A stretch of DNA of 64,000 nt from Hydrolagus colliei (taxonomy: Eukaryota): positions 682,001 to 746,000 of the forward strand of contig CM068742.1 in NCBI GenBank assembly GCA_035084275.1, in the 5' to 3' direction. Made by a program: the position numbers and the translations under genes. Of this stretch, positions 53,065 to 64,000 are shown piece after piece; within the stretch, counting starts at the first letter, position 1, and every line of letters begins with the position of its first letter. The notes under the pieces were generated by a model that was not told where the DNA came from, ran no database searches, and worked only from the letters and a program-made list of their open reading frames with translations.

Positions 53065-53358
53065 CTGAAGGGTGAGTGGAAACCTTTACGTAGAGCCTTC
53101 AAGAAGTTAGACGGTAAGAACAGTGGCTACCTGTCCCTGCCGGAATTCCGAGCCGTTCTCAAGCTGTGCAATTTCCTTCTGAACGAGGAAGAAGTCTACC
53201 AGATAATGTCGAAATTTGACGAGAGCCTAGAGGGCAAAATCGACTACAGGAAATTCCTGGAAGAGACCTACAGAAAGAAACAGACAAGGCAGAAGGGCAG
53301 CCGGTCCTCGCCAGAATTCATACGTTTGTCGGATGGGGTCGGAAACTCAAATGAATAA
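53065..53358 (+). CDS. EFCAB6-like exon 18 (terminal)
   Basis: CCTACAG|; LKGEWKPLRRAFKKLDGKNSGYLSLPEFRAVLKLCNFLLNEEEVYQIMSKFDESLEGKIDYRKFLEE...NSNE*; TAA at 53356-53358. Confidence 0.9.
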   Translation: MKGEWKPLRRAFKKLDGKNSGYLSLPEFRAVLKLCNFLLNEEEVYQIMSKFDESLEGKIDYRKFLEETYRKKQTRQKGSRSSPEFIRLSDGVGNSNE

Positions 53359-53381
53359 CTAATGTAGTCAACACACCGCTC

Positions 53382-53387
53382 AATAAA
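53382..53387 (+). terminator. Candidate polyadenylation signal of the EFCAB6-like gene
   Basis: AATAAA 24 nt after the stop codon. Confidence 0.5.
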
Positions 53388-54269
53388 CACAACAACGGCA
53401 AGTCAACAATGTTTCCAGTGAAGCTGCGTTTCTACCAATCGTGTTTAATGTGTAGAGTCAAAATGATTGTATCTGTGACTATCCCTTTGACACCGGCTTC
53501 AGACCAAATCTGCAAAGATGAGTTCGTTCTTTCTGAAAGTGCGTACTATTTAATAGGCATTTTTTTCCAGTCAGTAGCACACAGTCAAACTTCCCAATAG
53601 ATGTCCTCCGCGTGTTTTAGGAAGGGCCCTTGACGCTGAACAGTCAAAGGTCAGGACCTTTACTGAGGGGACATTTGCAGGCCGCGATTGACGAGAATTT
53701 TAATACAGAGATAAACAGACATAATAATACGGGGCCCGAGTCTTCAAATGGAGGCGAAGACTCTTTGGTTAATCGGTTTTCTTAAACTTAGGAAAAATAA
53801 GAATAAAATCTGGACCAACAGTGGAATGACTTCCCTCCATCATGTTATGTTGTTTGGTAACCCATCAGAATATTACATGGAGTGACAACACAAGAGACAC
53901 ATCATTCTCCCCCCCCCCCCCCCCCACCCCCCCATATTAAATGATCTCCTGAGTTTAACCGATCCATTCAACCGATCTCACTTCATCCGTGACTTACTGT
54001 AGATTCAAGGTGGGTTTATTTGAACGTTGTTTTCCCGGGTTTATTGAGCACAGTCATGTGTAGTGTAGTTGGTGTGAAAGTTTTGTTGTAGCCCTGCCTG
54101 CCTGTTTGTTTGTTGCCTGTTTGTTTGTTGCCTGTTTCCCTGTTTGCCTGTTTGCCTGTTTGCCGTGTATTAGATTTCCAATAAAAACTAACATTGACAG
54201 AGTTCTACGGTTCATTCCGTTTTTAAAAAAAAGAAACATTTATTCTTCCTCCAGAAACACCACAGAGTC

Positions 54270-55510
54270 AGCCCCCCCACAACCCCCCCCCCACACACAA
54301 CCCCCCCCCCACACACACAACCCCCCCCCCACACACACAACCCCCCCCCACACACACAACCCCCCACCCCACACCCCCCCCCCCCCACACACAACCCCCC
54401 CCACACACACACAACACCCCCCCCACACACAACACCCCCCCCCCCACACACACAACCCCCCACCCACACACACAACCCCCCCCACCCCCCCCCACACACA
54501 ACCCCCCCACACACAACCCCCCCCCCACACACAACCCCCCCCCCCCCCCACACACACACAACCCCCCCCACACACAACCCCCCCCCCACACACAACCCCC
54601 CCCACACACACACAACCCCCCCCCCACACACAACCCCCCCCCACACACACACAACCCCCCCCCCACACACAACCCCCCACCCACACACACAACCCCCCCC
54701 ACCCCCCCCCCACACACAACCCCCCCACACACAACCCCCCCCCACACACAACCCCCCCCCCACACACACACAACCCCCCCCACACACANNNNNNNNNNNN
54801 NNNNNNNNNNNNNNNNNNNNNNNNNNNNNNNNNNNNNNNNNNNNNNNNNNNNNNNNNNNNNNNNNNNNNNNNNNNNNNNNNNNNNNNNNNNNNNNNNNNN
54901 NNNNNNNNNNNNNNNNNCACAACCCCCCCCCCACACACACACACCCCCCCCCCCACACAACCCCCCCCCCANNNNNNNNNNNNNNNNNNNNNNNNNNNNN
55001 NNNNNNNNNNNNNNNNNNNNNNNNNNNNNNNNNNNNNNNNNNNNNNNNNNNNNNNNNNNNNNNNNNNNNNNNNNNNNNNNNNNNNNNNNNNNNNNNNNNN
55101 NNNNNNNNNNNNNNNNNNNNNNNNNNNNNNNNNNNNNNNNNNNNNNNNNNNNNNNNNNNNNNNNNNNNNNNNNNNNNACACAACACCCCCCCCCCACACA
55201 CACAACCCCCCACCCACACACACAACCCCCCCCACCCCCCCACACACACAACCCCCCCACACACAACCCCCCCCCCACACACAACCCCCCACCCACACAC
55301 ACAACCCCCCCCACCCCCCCACACACACAACCCCCCCACACACAACCCCCCCCACACACAACCCCCCCCTCCACACACAACCCCCCCCCCCCCCCCCCAC
55401 ACACACAACCCCCCACACACACACACACAACCCCCCCCCCCCCCCCCCCACACACACAACCCCCCACACACACACACACAACCCCCCCCCCACACCCCCC
55501 CCCCCCAAAC
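54270..55510. repeat. (C)n(AC)nAA minisatellite with two internal N gaps
   Basis: Repeated CCCCCCCACACACAA; N runs at 54789-54917 and 54972-55177. Confidence 0.95.
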
Positions 55511-55894
55511 TCTGAGTTAACAGTGGCCAGAGTTGCTCTATGGATTTCAGTACAGACGCGGTATTGCGCAGAGCAGAGCAGAGCTGTGACAAAGTGACTT
55601 TCCCGTCTGTTTGTTGTACTTTTCTGCTCAAGTCTTAACGCAATATTTAGGGGGTGACCCCCCCTCCCCCCCAATGTGTGTGTGTGTGTGTGTAAGGGGG
55701 GGGGGGGGGGGGGTAGCTCTCCCCCCCCAACCTTTAACTGCCCAGAAAACTGTCAGTGAGAAGCCTCCACCAGCACCTGACTGTGAGGGACATGTGTCTG
55801 ACCTCAGTTGGAGAAGTTGATGATGTGTTATATTGGACAGGGAGTGTTCTCATCCCACATGGGTCTTTCAGCTGATAAATAAGATAATAAATAA

Positions 55895-56282
55895 GCCTGT
55901 GTGTGTGTGTGTATCAGTCCCCCCCCCCCCCCCCCCCACTCCCCCAGGGGGAGTGGGGGGGGGGGGGGGGGGGGGACTGATACACACACACACACACACA
56001 CACACATACAAACTCACAAACACAAAGTCTCACACACAAATTCACACACACACACACACACAAACACACAGACGCAAACACAAACTCTCTCACACTCACA
56101 CACACACAAACTGACACACACAAACTCTCTCACACTCACACGCAAAAACTGACACTCTCTCTCACACACACACACACACACAAACACACGTACACAACTC
56201 ACACGCAAAAACTCACACACATACAAACTCACAGATACACATCCACAAACAATTCATGCCAACATATAGATAACCCATTCAT

Positions 56283-56323
<41 letters not shown>

Positions 56324-56330
56324 CAGACAG
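55895..56330. repeat. (CA)n-rich simple repeats and C/G homopolymers
   Basis: Seen directly. Confidence 0.9.
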
Positions 56331-56389
56331 ACATGTTTACAACAACAACAAAATCACACTTCTCTAGCGCATTTCGGGGACGTCCCTAA

Positions 56390-57130
56390 ACACACACACA
56401 ATACTATACTATACACACACAATACTATACTATACACACACAATACTATACTATACACACAATACTATACTATACACACACAATACTATACTATACACAC
56501 ACAATACTATACTATACACACACAATACTATACTATACACACACAATACTATACTATATACACACAATACTATACTATACACACAGAATACTACTATACA
56601 CACACAATACTATACTATATACACACAATACTATACTATACACACACAATACTATACTATATACACACAATACTACACTATATACACACAATACTACACT
56701 ATACACACACAATACTACACTATATACACACAATACTATAGTATACACACACAATACTATACTATACACACACAATACTATACTATACACACACAATACT
56801 ATACTATACACACAATACTATACTATATACACACAATACTATACTATACACACAATACTATACTATATACACATAATACTATACTATACACACACAATAC
56901 TACACTATACACACACAATACTACACTATATACACACAATACTATAGTATACACACACAATACTACACTATATACACACAATACTATACTATACACACAC
57001 AATACTATACTATATACACACGATACTATACTATACACACACAATACTATACTATACACACACAATACTATACTATACACACACAATACTATACTATACA
57101 CACACAATACTATACTATACACACACAATA
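56390..57130. repeat. 19-21 bp minisatellite
   Basis: About 35 tandem units of (CA)CACACAATACTATACTATA. Confidence 0.95.
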
Positions 57131-57310
57131 CCAATCACTGTAATGAAATAGTAATTAGTGAATGTATTTCCCCAGAGCCCCCCCCGGGGTGGGGGGGGGG
57201 GGGGTAATGTCAGGGCAGTGATTGACATGGTATCCAGCCCTGATTGCTGGCTTCGGTTTGTACCCAAGAAAATCCTATTAATAAAGTTAATTGCAAAGAA
57301 GGTTGGAGTA

Positions 57311-57510
57311 NNNNNNNNNNNNNNNNNNNNNNNNNNNNNNNNNNNNNNNNNNNNNNNNNNNNNNNNNNNNNNNNNNNNNNNNNNNNNNNNNNNNNNNNNN
57401 NNNNNNNNNNNNNNNNNNNNNNNNNNNNNNNNNNNNNNNNNNNNNNNNNNNNNNNNNNNNNNNNNNNNNNNNNNNNNNNNNNNNNNNNNNNNNNNNNNNN
57501 NNNNNNNNNN
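57311..57510. other. Assembly gap (200 N)
   Basis: Run of N; contiguity across it is not verified. Confidence 0.99.
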
Positions 57511-59140
57511 TACACACATGTCCACACTTGTGAATGTTCATGTGGAATATTTTTCGACGGATTTGAAGGAGTGATGACCACGGTTCCGGCCACCGGTTTG
57601 TCAGACAACACGGCCTTAGCTCAGGGGTCGCCTGGCCTTGGCGATGACCTTTCAATGGGTGGGAGAAATTGTGATCCCGTTTGAATGAATCGTCCCGAGT
57701 GAAAATCATGCCGGATCACTCCAGCAAACTCGCAAATACAGGGTAATGGGTAGGGAGGGGGGGAGAGGGGGGGGGGTGGGGGAGGAGGGGGAAGTATATT
57801 TAATATATTGATTATACTATCCGTAGCTCCTCGTGTTTTAACATACACACTATACGCACACTCCGCCTATTAAACCACACCCATCGTTAATGCGGTAACA
57901 TTTCGTTTTCTTTATTTTTTTTTAAAAAAAACGTGGTTTTTGGGGGAAACCGGTATTTTTTTTGGCGAGTTGTGAGCGTGTCTCTCTGCGTCGCAGGGAC
58001 TTGGTTTTCGAGTCCAGTTTGATACAGGGCTGCGTGATTTTCAGGCTATTTTACTTAAACCCGACTCTTCCTCGAGTGGAAATTACGCACATGTGCACAC
58101 AGACACATGGTGTAAAACGCTCTGATTTATTTGACACCACAGAGCCCAGGGTCGGCGGGTGGGGGGTTCGTGGCGAGGATCCAGTCGACTGTCAGTCACT
58201 GATGCTTGTGGAGGGTCTGACGTTAACGGAGGGGGCGACTGAGTGAGTTTGACGGTGAGTGTGGGTGTGTGAGGGTCTGTCTCTCTCGCCAGACGCAGCG
58301 TTTCGCCGGCCACTTCCTACCCAGCCCCCCCAAAACACAACCACAACGCGCGTTCAGTTCTTTCATGTGTTTGTAAGAATTGTTCTACTTTTGCTGCTGT
58401 GATTTCTCTCTCTCCCCCCCACCCAAACCCTCCCCCCCCCCCACCCCACCCACACTTACTCGTATGTTTCCTGACCACAGTAAGATACAGCTCGATTCCA
58501 ACCAAACAGATTTCGCCTCTTAAAAATCTTACGATATATATTTACGTATCAATCAGAAACATATACATATATAAACATATATAATTAGCTATGAATAAGA
58601 GGCTTTCGTCCGGAAACAACATCGCAAACCTACAGTAAAATTGCAAGGGGGAATTGTATGCATTTTCTCAGCCATTCCCACTTACTGAGAAATGTAACGA
58701 GGATGTGAGATTTCCAATACATAAATCGTGTGGACAATACCCATCAGGGAACTGCCAGGGTAAGTTTATTTCTGGAGAGGGAAACCCTCACAAAGGACCA
58801 GATGCATGTACTAGTTTGTAAATAGTTGGTTGGACTGTAAACGCATTATCCCTCCCTCCCATTGCTTGGTTTGGGGATTGCTGTTGTTGCCACGTAAAAG
58901 TGGATAAAGTTTGCCAATACTTAAAAAAAACATTTAAAAAATAAGTGGTGTGAAAGGTGGGGTGGGTGGGGGGAGTGGGGGGGGGGGGGGATGTTCAGGT
59001 AACTCTCAACTGAACATTTCACTTTTATCTTTGGGATAAACAAAGTGCCTATTTCCACTTGGTGCCAATGGCCAGGCCATGCCCACGTTTTCTCCCCCCA
59101 CCCCACTCCCCTCCCCCCCCCCCCCCCCCCACCCCCATAA

Positions 59141-59400
59141 AAATAATAATAATCCTTGCATTTGGCAATTTACCATCTTATCACTTTGTCGAGACGTCTC
59201 AAAGCGCGGGTTTCCTGTGGCTCAGTGGTGAGAGCACTTGTCTTGCGAGCTGGGGAGACCAAGCTGTGTGTTCCAATCCAGGCAGGTCAGGGAGAAACCT
59301 TGGGCAAGTTTCCTTTACTCCGCACACGCGCCTAATAATAATGCGTCTCCAAAAAAAAACACAATAAATAAAATTGGTCATTTTCAACCCACGACCGTGT

Positions 59401-59431
<31 letters not shown>

Positions 59432-59615
59432 GTCGGGGGGGACACGCTGCTGTGCACAATTGGCTGCCGCGATTCGCCCACAAATATATATACAGTCAAT
59501 TCACTTCACAGTCTATTCTGTGAAGCGCTTTGGGACGTTGATAAGAAGTGAAAAGCCGCGATATCAAACGCCAGGATTGTTATTATAAAGTGCTTCACAG
59601 GATATACCGTGAAGT
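59141..59615. mobile_element. Nested SINEs: a + copy (59208-59586) inside a - copy tail
   Basis: Flanking direct repeat AAAGCGC (59201-59207) / AAAGTGC (59587-59593). Confidence 0.85.
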
Positions 59616-60364
59616 ATATTACAGTACAGTGTAGGTACATTGACTATGCCATTTGTGGGCATATTGTGGATGGTTAAATAAAAAATCTAAATAGCATTTT
59701 CCAGTGTCCCCAAATTCAACCCATTTGATGATTTAGTCCATCACTCTGTTGGCCCTATTTTTGTCCTTGGGGTGGGGTACTGGGATCAGCTGCCCACTGC
59801 TACACTGCGATGATCTGGTAAGTGGCAATTTTACGTGTGAACATTGAAAGTGAGGGTCAGCACTTAAATTGGAGATGTCACAAGTAAGCCTTTCCCCCCT
59901 CGGGGCGTAAGAACGCCACCAAAACCCTCTTTCCAGGTCCACCCCCTCCCTGACGCAAAGTCAAAGTCACTCAAAGTCAGGGAGGACGGAACGTCACGTC
60001 ACCGAGTGACTGACGTCTGAGAAAAGTCACAATGTTGGGTTCTCACAGCCAAAGAGAGTCTCTTCCAATATCTCGAAGGGAGGTATTCCATTAGGCTACA
60101 TGGAAACCCCACTCTGACTTGATCTGTCCCTGGGGCACAGCTTAGAGGGTTTAATTATTTTCAGTAATTTCTCACTCTGCGTATCTTCTTCTGGGATCTA
60201 GTCCGAGGGCTCATTGAGCTTCGCCACTGAGTACCAACAGATCACTGCTATATACAGGAGAACCTAACCGAACTTCACCTCTCCTCATCCAACTACCAAA
60301 CACATAATAATAATGATAATAATGATGATAATAATAATAATAACAATAATCATAATAATTATCA

Positions 60365-60800
60365 TAATAATAATAATCCTTGCATTTGATATAGCACTTT
60401 TTACATCTTCTAGATGTCTCAAATATACTTCACAGAATATATGTTAAAGTGAATTGACTGTATATTTGTGGGCGAAACACAGCAGCCAATAAGCAAACAG
60501 CAGCGTCCCACAAACAGTCATGCCTTTGGCAACCTTCCCTCTCTTTCCAGTTCAGCATCAAACCACAAACAGAGCGTTCTATAAACAACGGTAATCCTTG
60601 CGTTTGACACATACTCCTGAGTATCATGTCTTCGAGACATCTCAAAGCACTTCACAGAATAAATTGTAAACAGAATTGACTCTACATTTTGTGGGCGAAA
60701 TGTACTAGCCAATTGTGCACAGCAGTGTCCCACAAACAGGAGTGGAATGAGTGACTAAATTATTATTTTTGAAAAGGTCAAAGGGATTACTACCCCCGTA
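60365..60800 (-). mobile_element. Two tandem 5'-truncated SINEs
   Basis: Two reverse-complement family 3' halves (about 60365-60520 and 60590-60800). Confidence 0.8.
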
Positions 60801-61349
60801 GAGAAGATCAAAGCCAAGTTAGCCTCCCTACAACAACAACAACAACAACTTGGATTTGTACAGTGCCCTCCAAGCCGAACTGCGCATTAGAGCGCTTCCC
60901 GACACACGTTACAGGGGAAAACAAAGAGACTGATAACTCGGGATGAGCAAAAGGGACTTCTAAATAAATTACATTTCTTCTGACTCAAAAAGAGATGTTT
61001 GAGAGGAAACCTTGCAAACTTGTATAACGTGTTAATTGAGAAAGAGAAAGGTAACTCACAACAATAGTCTGACACATGCCAAGGCAGCAGAACAGGAAGG
61101 CACAAATCTAGGTGTTACTGACGTATTTTAATTTAGGGAGAGTTACCTCACATATATAGAATAATAATAACGAGCCTTGCATTTAATATAATACCAAACC
61201 CTCTGCACAGATGATCAGTGTTAAGTCTAGTGACTGTATTGGAATGCAGATACAGCAAACAATTTGTGGATAAACAACTCTTTGTTTTTTACAAATAGTG
61301 CAATGGAATCTTTAACTTCCATCTGAACAGGCAGATGGGTCTTATTATT

Positions 61350-61515
61350 TTTAGAATTATAATAATATAATAATTATATTAATTATATTATAATTAAAAT
61401 AACAATTATATTACAAATATACAATATATAATTATTATATTATAATTATACAATATATAATAATTATATAACTAATATATAATTATTATTATATAATTAA
61501 TAATTATAATTCTCA
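61350..61515. repeat. AT-rich simple repeat inside an old DeuSINE core fragment
   Basis: ATAATT-type tract flanked by CATCTGAACAGGCAGATGGG and GTCTCATTCAAAGGACAGC. Confidence 0.7.
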
Positions 61516-61587
61516 TTATCATCAGAATAATGTCTCATTCAAAGGACAGCTGCTCCAACAATGTAGAGCTCCTCCAGCACAATGAAA

Positions 61588-61915
61588 TTCCTGGTAGCTC
61601 AGTGGTTAGAGCAATCGCCTTACAATCGTCAGACCTGTGTTCGAAGACCTGTGTGTCTCAAAGAACTTCACAGAATATACTGTAAAGTGAATTGACTGTA
61701 TATATTTGTGGGTGAAACGCGGCAGCCAATCGCGCACGGCAGTGTGCCCCCCACAAACAGTCGTGGATTGAAATGACCAATTTTATTATTGCTTTTTTTT
61801 GGAGGGATTATTATTAGGCGTGTGGAGTAAGGAAACTTGCCCAAGGTTTGGCCCTGACCTGCCTGGATTCGAACACACAGATCCCACATTTGTAAGGTGA
61901 GCTCTCTAACCACTG
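61588..61915. mobile_element. SINE (- strand) fused to an inverted SINE head
   Basis: A + head at 61588-61650 abuts a - copy that lacks its tail. Confidence 0.8.
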
Positions 61916-62509
61916 GGAGAAAACTAGGGACAGGCAGTGGACCAGCTAGGAGTTCTCACACTTAATCTCTATCCAGTAACCCCTGCTGGAAAGTATATCT
62001 GTGCGTAGATCTGTAAGCGAGGACAGTAATTAGCTTGGTTACAATTCCAGCTGTGTTCTTCCGACACTCACTCTCAAGGCTCCTTTGAAGGAAAGCCACT
62101 TAAGCAAAGTACTACAGGATAACTGATGCACCCTTGGAACCACACTCTTGTGGAAAGAAAAAGGGATCAAACGCTTTTAAGAGAGGAGATGAAACTGAAG
62201 GAGAAACTATAAGTACACACACTATCATGATTTTTTTCTTGCTTCTTACACCACTTATTTGAAATCAGGTTAAGACCGTTCAAATTAATTTCCTACAGAC
62301 AAGTAAGCAGTTAAAGAGGGTGACAGAGAAGAATGGCTTCATCCCATTTATCTATTCTGTTCTGTTTGCGAACTGAATTTTAATGACCAAGGGTGGTATT
62401 TTGGCCTCAGTAAATACTGCCGATAATGACCATCTTAAACCCACTTTAATTGAGACATTATGCCTTTTTTGCAACCCACCCCCCCCCCCCCCCCCTCCCC
62501 CAGTCCCCT

Positions 62510-63408
62510 GATGTTCTGTCAGCCGCCTGTCAGACATCAGGGGCTGGATGACAGCAAATTTCTTGCAGCTGAATGTTGACAAGACGGAGGCCATACTCCT
62601 TGTCTCTCGTCAACGTCTCCATTCCCACGGCTCTCACCTCCTCCACCTTCCCGGCCTGGCCCCTACAACTCTCCCAACCTGTGCGCAACCTTGGGTCAGG
62701 TTCGACCCCCAACTGTCCTTCCTCCCCCACATCCGGTCCCTCACCAGCACCGCCTTCTTCCACCTCCGACAGATCGCCCGTCTCCGGCAATACCTCACCC
62801 CAACAGCCACTGAAACCCTGGTCCACACCTTCGCCACCTCTCGGCTGGACTATTGCAATGTCCTCCTCGCCGGTCTCCCCTCCACCACAATCCACAAAAT
62901 CCAACTCATCCAAAACTCTGCCGCCCACATACTCACCCTCACCAAGCTTCGCTCCCCCATTACCCCAGTCCTCACCAGACTTCACTGGCTCCCTATCCCA
63001 GAGAGGATCCACTTCAAGATCCTCACCTTGTTTTCAAATCCCTCCACTCCTCTGCACCCCCCTATCTCTCTGATCTCCTCTCCCCCACAACCCAGCACCC
63101 GCTTCCTTCGCTCCTTTGGGTCTGGCCTCCTCCATGTCCCCCCGAATCCTCCTCTCCACCCTCGGCGGCCGTGCTTTTATCCACTCCGCCCTGAGACTCT
63201 GGAACTCTCTCCCTCACTCCCTTCCCCTCGCCCCCTCTCTCCCCAGTTTCAGGTCACAGCTAAAGACCTTTCTCTTCGACCGAGCTTTTGGTCACCTTCC
63301 TCCCCCTGCCCCTGTCTTGGTCCCGGGATCTGTTATTGTGAAGCGCTCTGAGACACCACCCGGCATGGAGGGCGCTATATACATCAAAGTTGTTGTTGTT
63401 GTTGTTTT
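62510..63408 (+). mobile_element. L2 LINE 3' fragment
   Basis: MTANFLQLNVDKTEAIL...TSRLDYCNVLL...LHWLPIPERIHFKIL; tail AAGTTGTTGTTG; same family as 35960-37215. Confidence 0.92.
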
Positions 63409-63612
63409 TGTCTACAAGCAGCAAATGTGAATTCTTAATTACAGTTCCTTAATCCCGATGGAGCGAAGCTCCCAATGATGTCAGTGCCATTTTCAAGAGG
63501 TGTTTTTTTTCATTGTTTTGTGATGAGGAATAAATTGGTCCTTGAAACCTTAAGTATCATGTGAGATAATTCCTCCCTGGCACAATCCCAATTGTTTGCA
63601 AGTGCAGGAATA

Positions 63613-63932
63613 GTAATAATAATAATCCTTGCATTTGATATCGCGGCTTTTCACATCTTATCGACGTCCCAAAGCGCTTCACAGAATATACTGTAAAGTG
63701 AATTGACTGTATATATGAAATGCGGCAGCCAATTGCACACAGCAATGTCCCACAAACAATTGTGGATTGAAGTGATCAATTTTAATATTGTTTTTTTTGA
63801 GGGGCGGATTATTATTAGGCGTGTGTGTGGAGTAAGGAAACTTGCCCAAGGTTTCGCCCTGACCTGCCTGGATTCGAACACAGGTCTCACGCTTGTAAGG
63901 CGAGCGCTCTAACCACTGAGCTACAGGAGCTC
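63613..63932 (-). mobile_element. tRNA-derived SINE, full length
   Basis: Reverse complement of the family consensus with A/B boxes. Confidence 0.9.
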
Positions 63933-64000
63933 CAATATTACATTCTAAATGTTTTTTGTTTGAAATACCAACTAAATAAAGTGGAGTTTCATATCTATCT

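Larger units (their letters stand above)
16108..53358 (+). other. EF-hand calcium-binding domain protein 6-like (EFCAB6-like) gene span, 18 coding exons, 2799 nt, 932 aa
   Basis: 18 exons join through GT-AG introns with consistent phases and no internal stop. Repeated EF-hand helix-loop-helix units are present, and the C-terminal WKPLRRAFKKLD...LSLPEFRAVLK...IDYRKFL resembles the EFCAB6 C-terminus. Confidence 0.8.

Noticed and set aside
54106-55674. Long Pro/His/Thr or Gly/Val/Cys ORFs of more than 400 aa
   Set aside because: Translations of a C/A simple repeat that run through N gaps.
56390-57130. CRISPR-like regular array and the VLCVYSI repeat ORFs
   Set aside because: Head-to-tail repeats with no unique spacers in a eukaryotic context; this is a minisatellite.
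57511-64000. HELT exons expected from human synteny
   Set aside because: No bHLH/Orange-like translation was recognised in this interval.

Overview
Vertebrate nuclear DNA, probably from a cartilaginous fish (holocephalan-like, inferred from the dominant tRNA-derived DeuSINE-type SINE and its L2 partner LINEs). I assembled two intact spliced genes by hand from GT-AG junctions and intron phases. (1) A 4-exon mitochondrial ADP/ATP translocase on the minus strand (CDS 7949->297, 298 aa), most like SLC25A4/ANT1. (2) An 18-coding-exon multi-EF-hand EFCAB6-like gene on the plus strand (16108->53358, 932 aa), divergent from the translocase, with an RFX X-box about 220 bp upstream of its ATG. The rest is intron and intergenic DNA containing about 30 SINE copies, L2/CR1 fragments, one full-length but decayed Tigger/pogo transposon, several MITEs, simple repeats, three assembly gaps and some repeat-free blocks that look like conserved non-coding elements. 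Most ORFs in the supplied track are spurious (repeats or low complexity). I found no evidence of a wholly new biological system. The best leads are the EFCAB6-like gene (a candidate ciliary paralogue not known next to SLC25A4 in human) and the candidate long-range enhancers in its intron 12. All homology calls are from memory of the families and were not run as searches.
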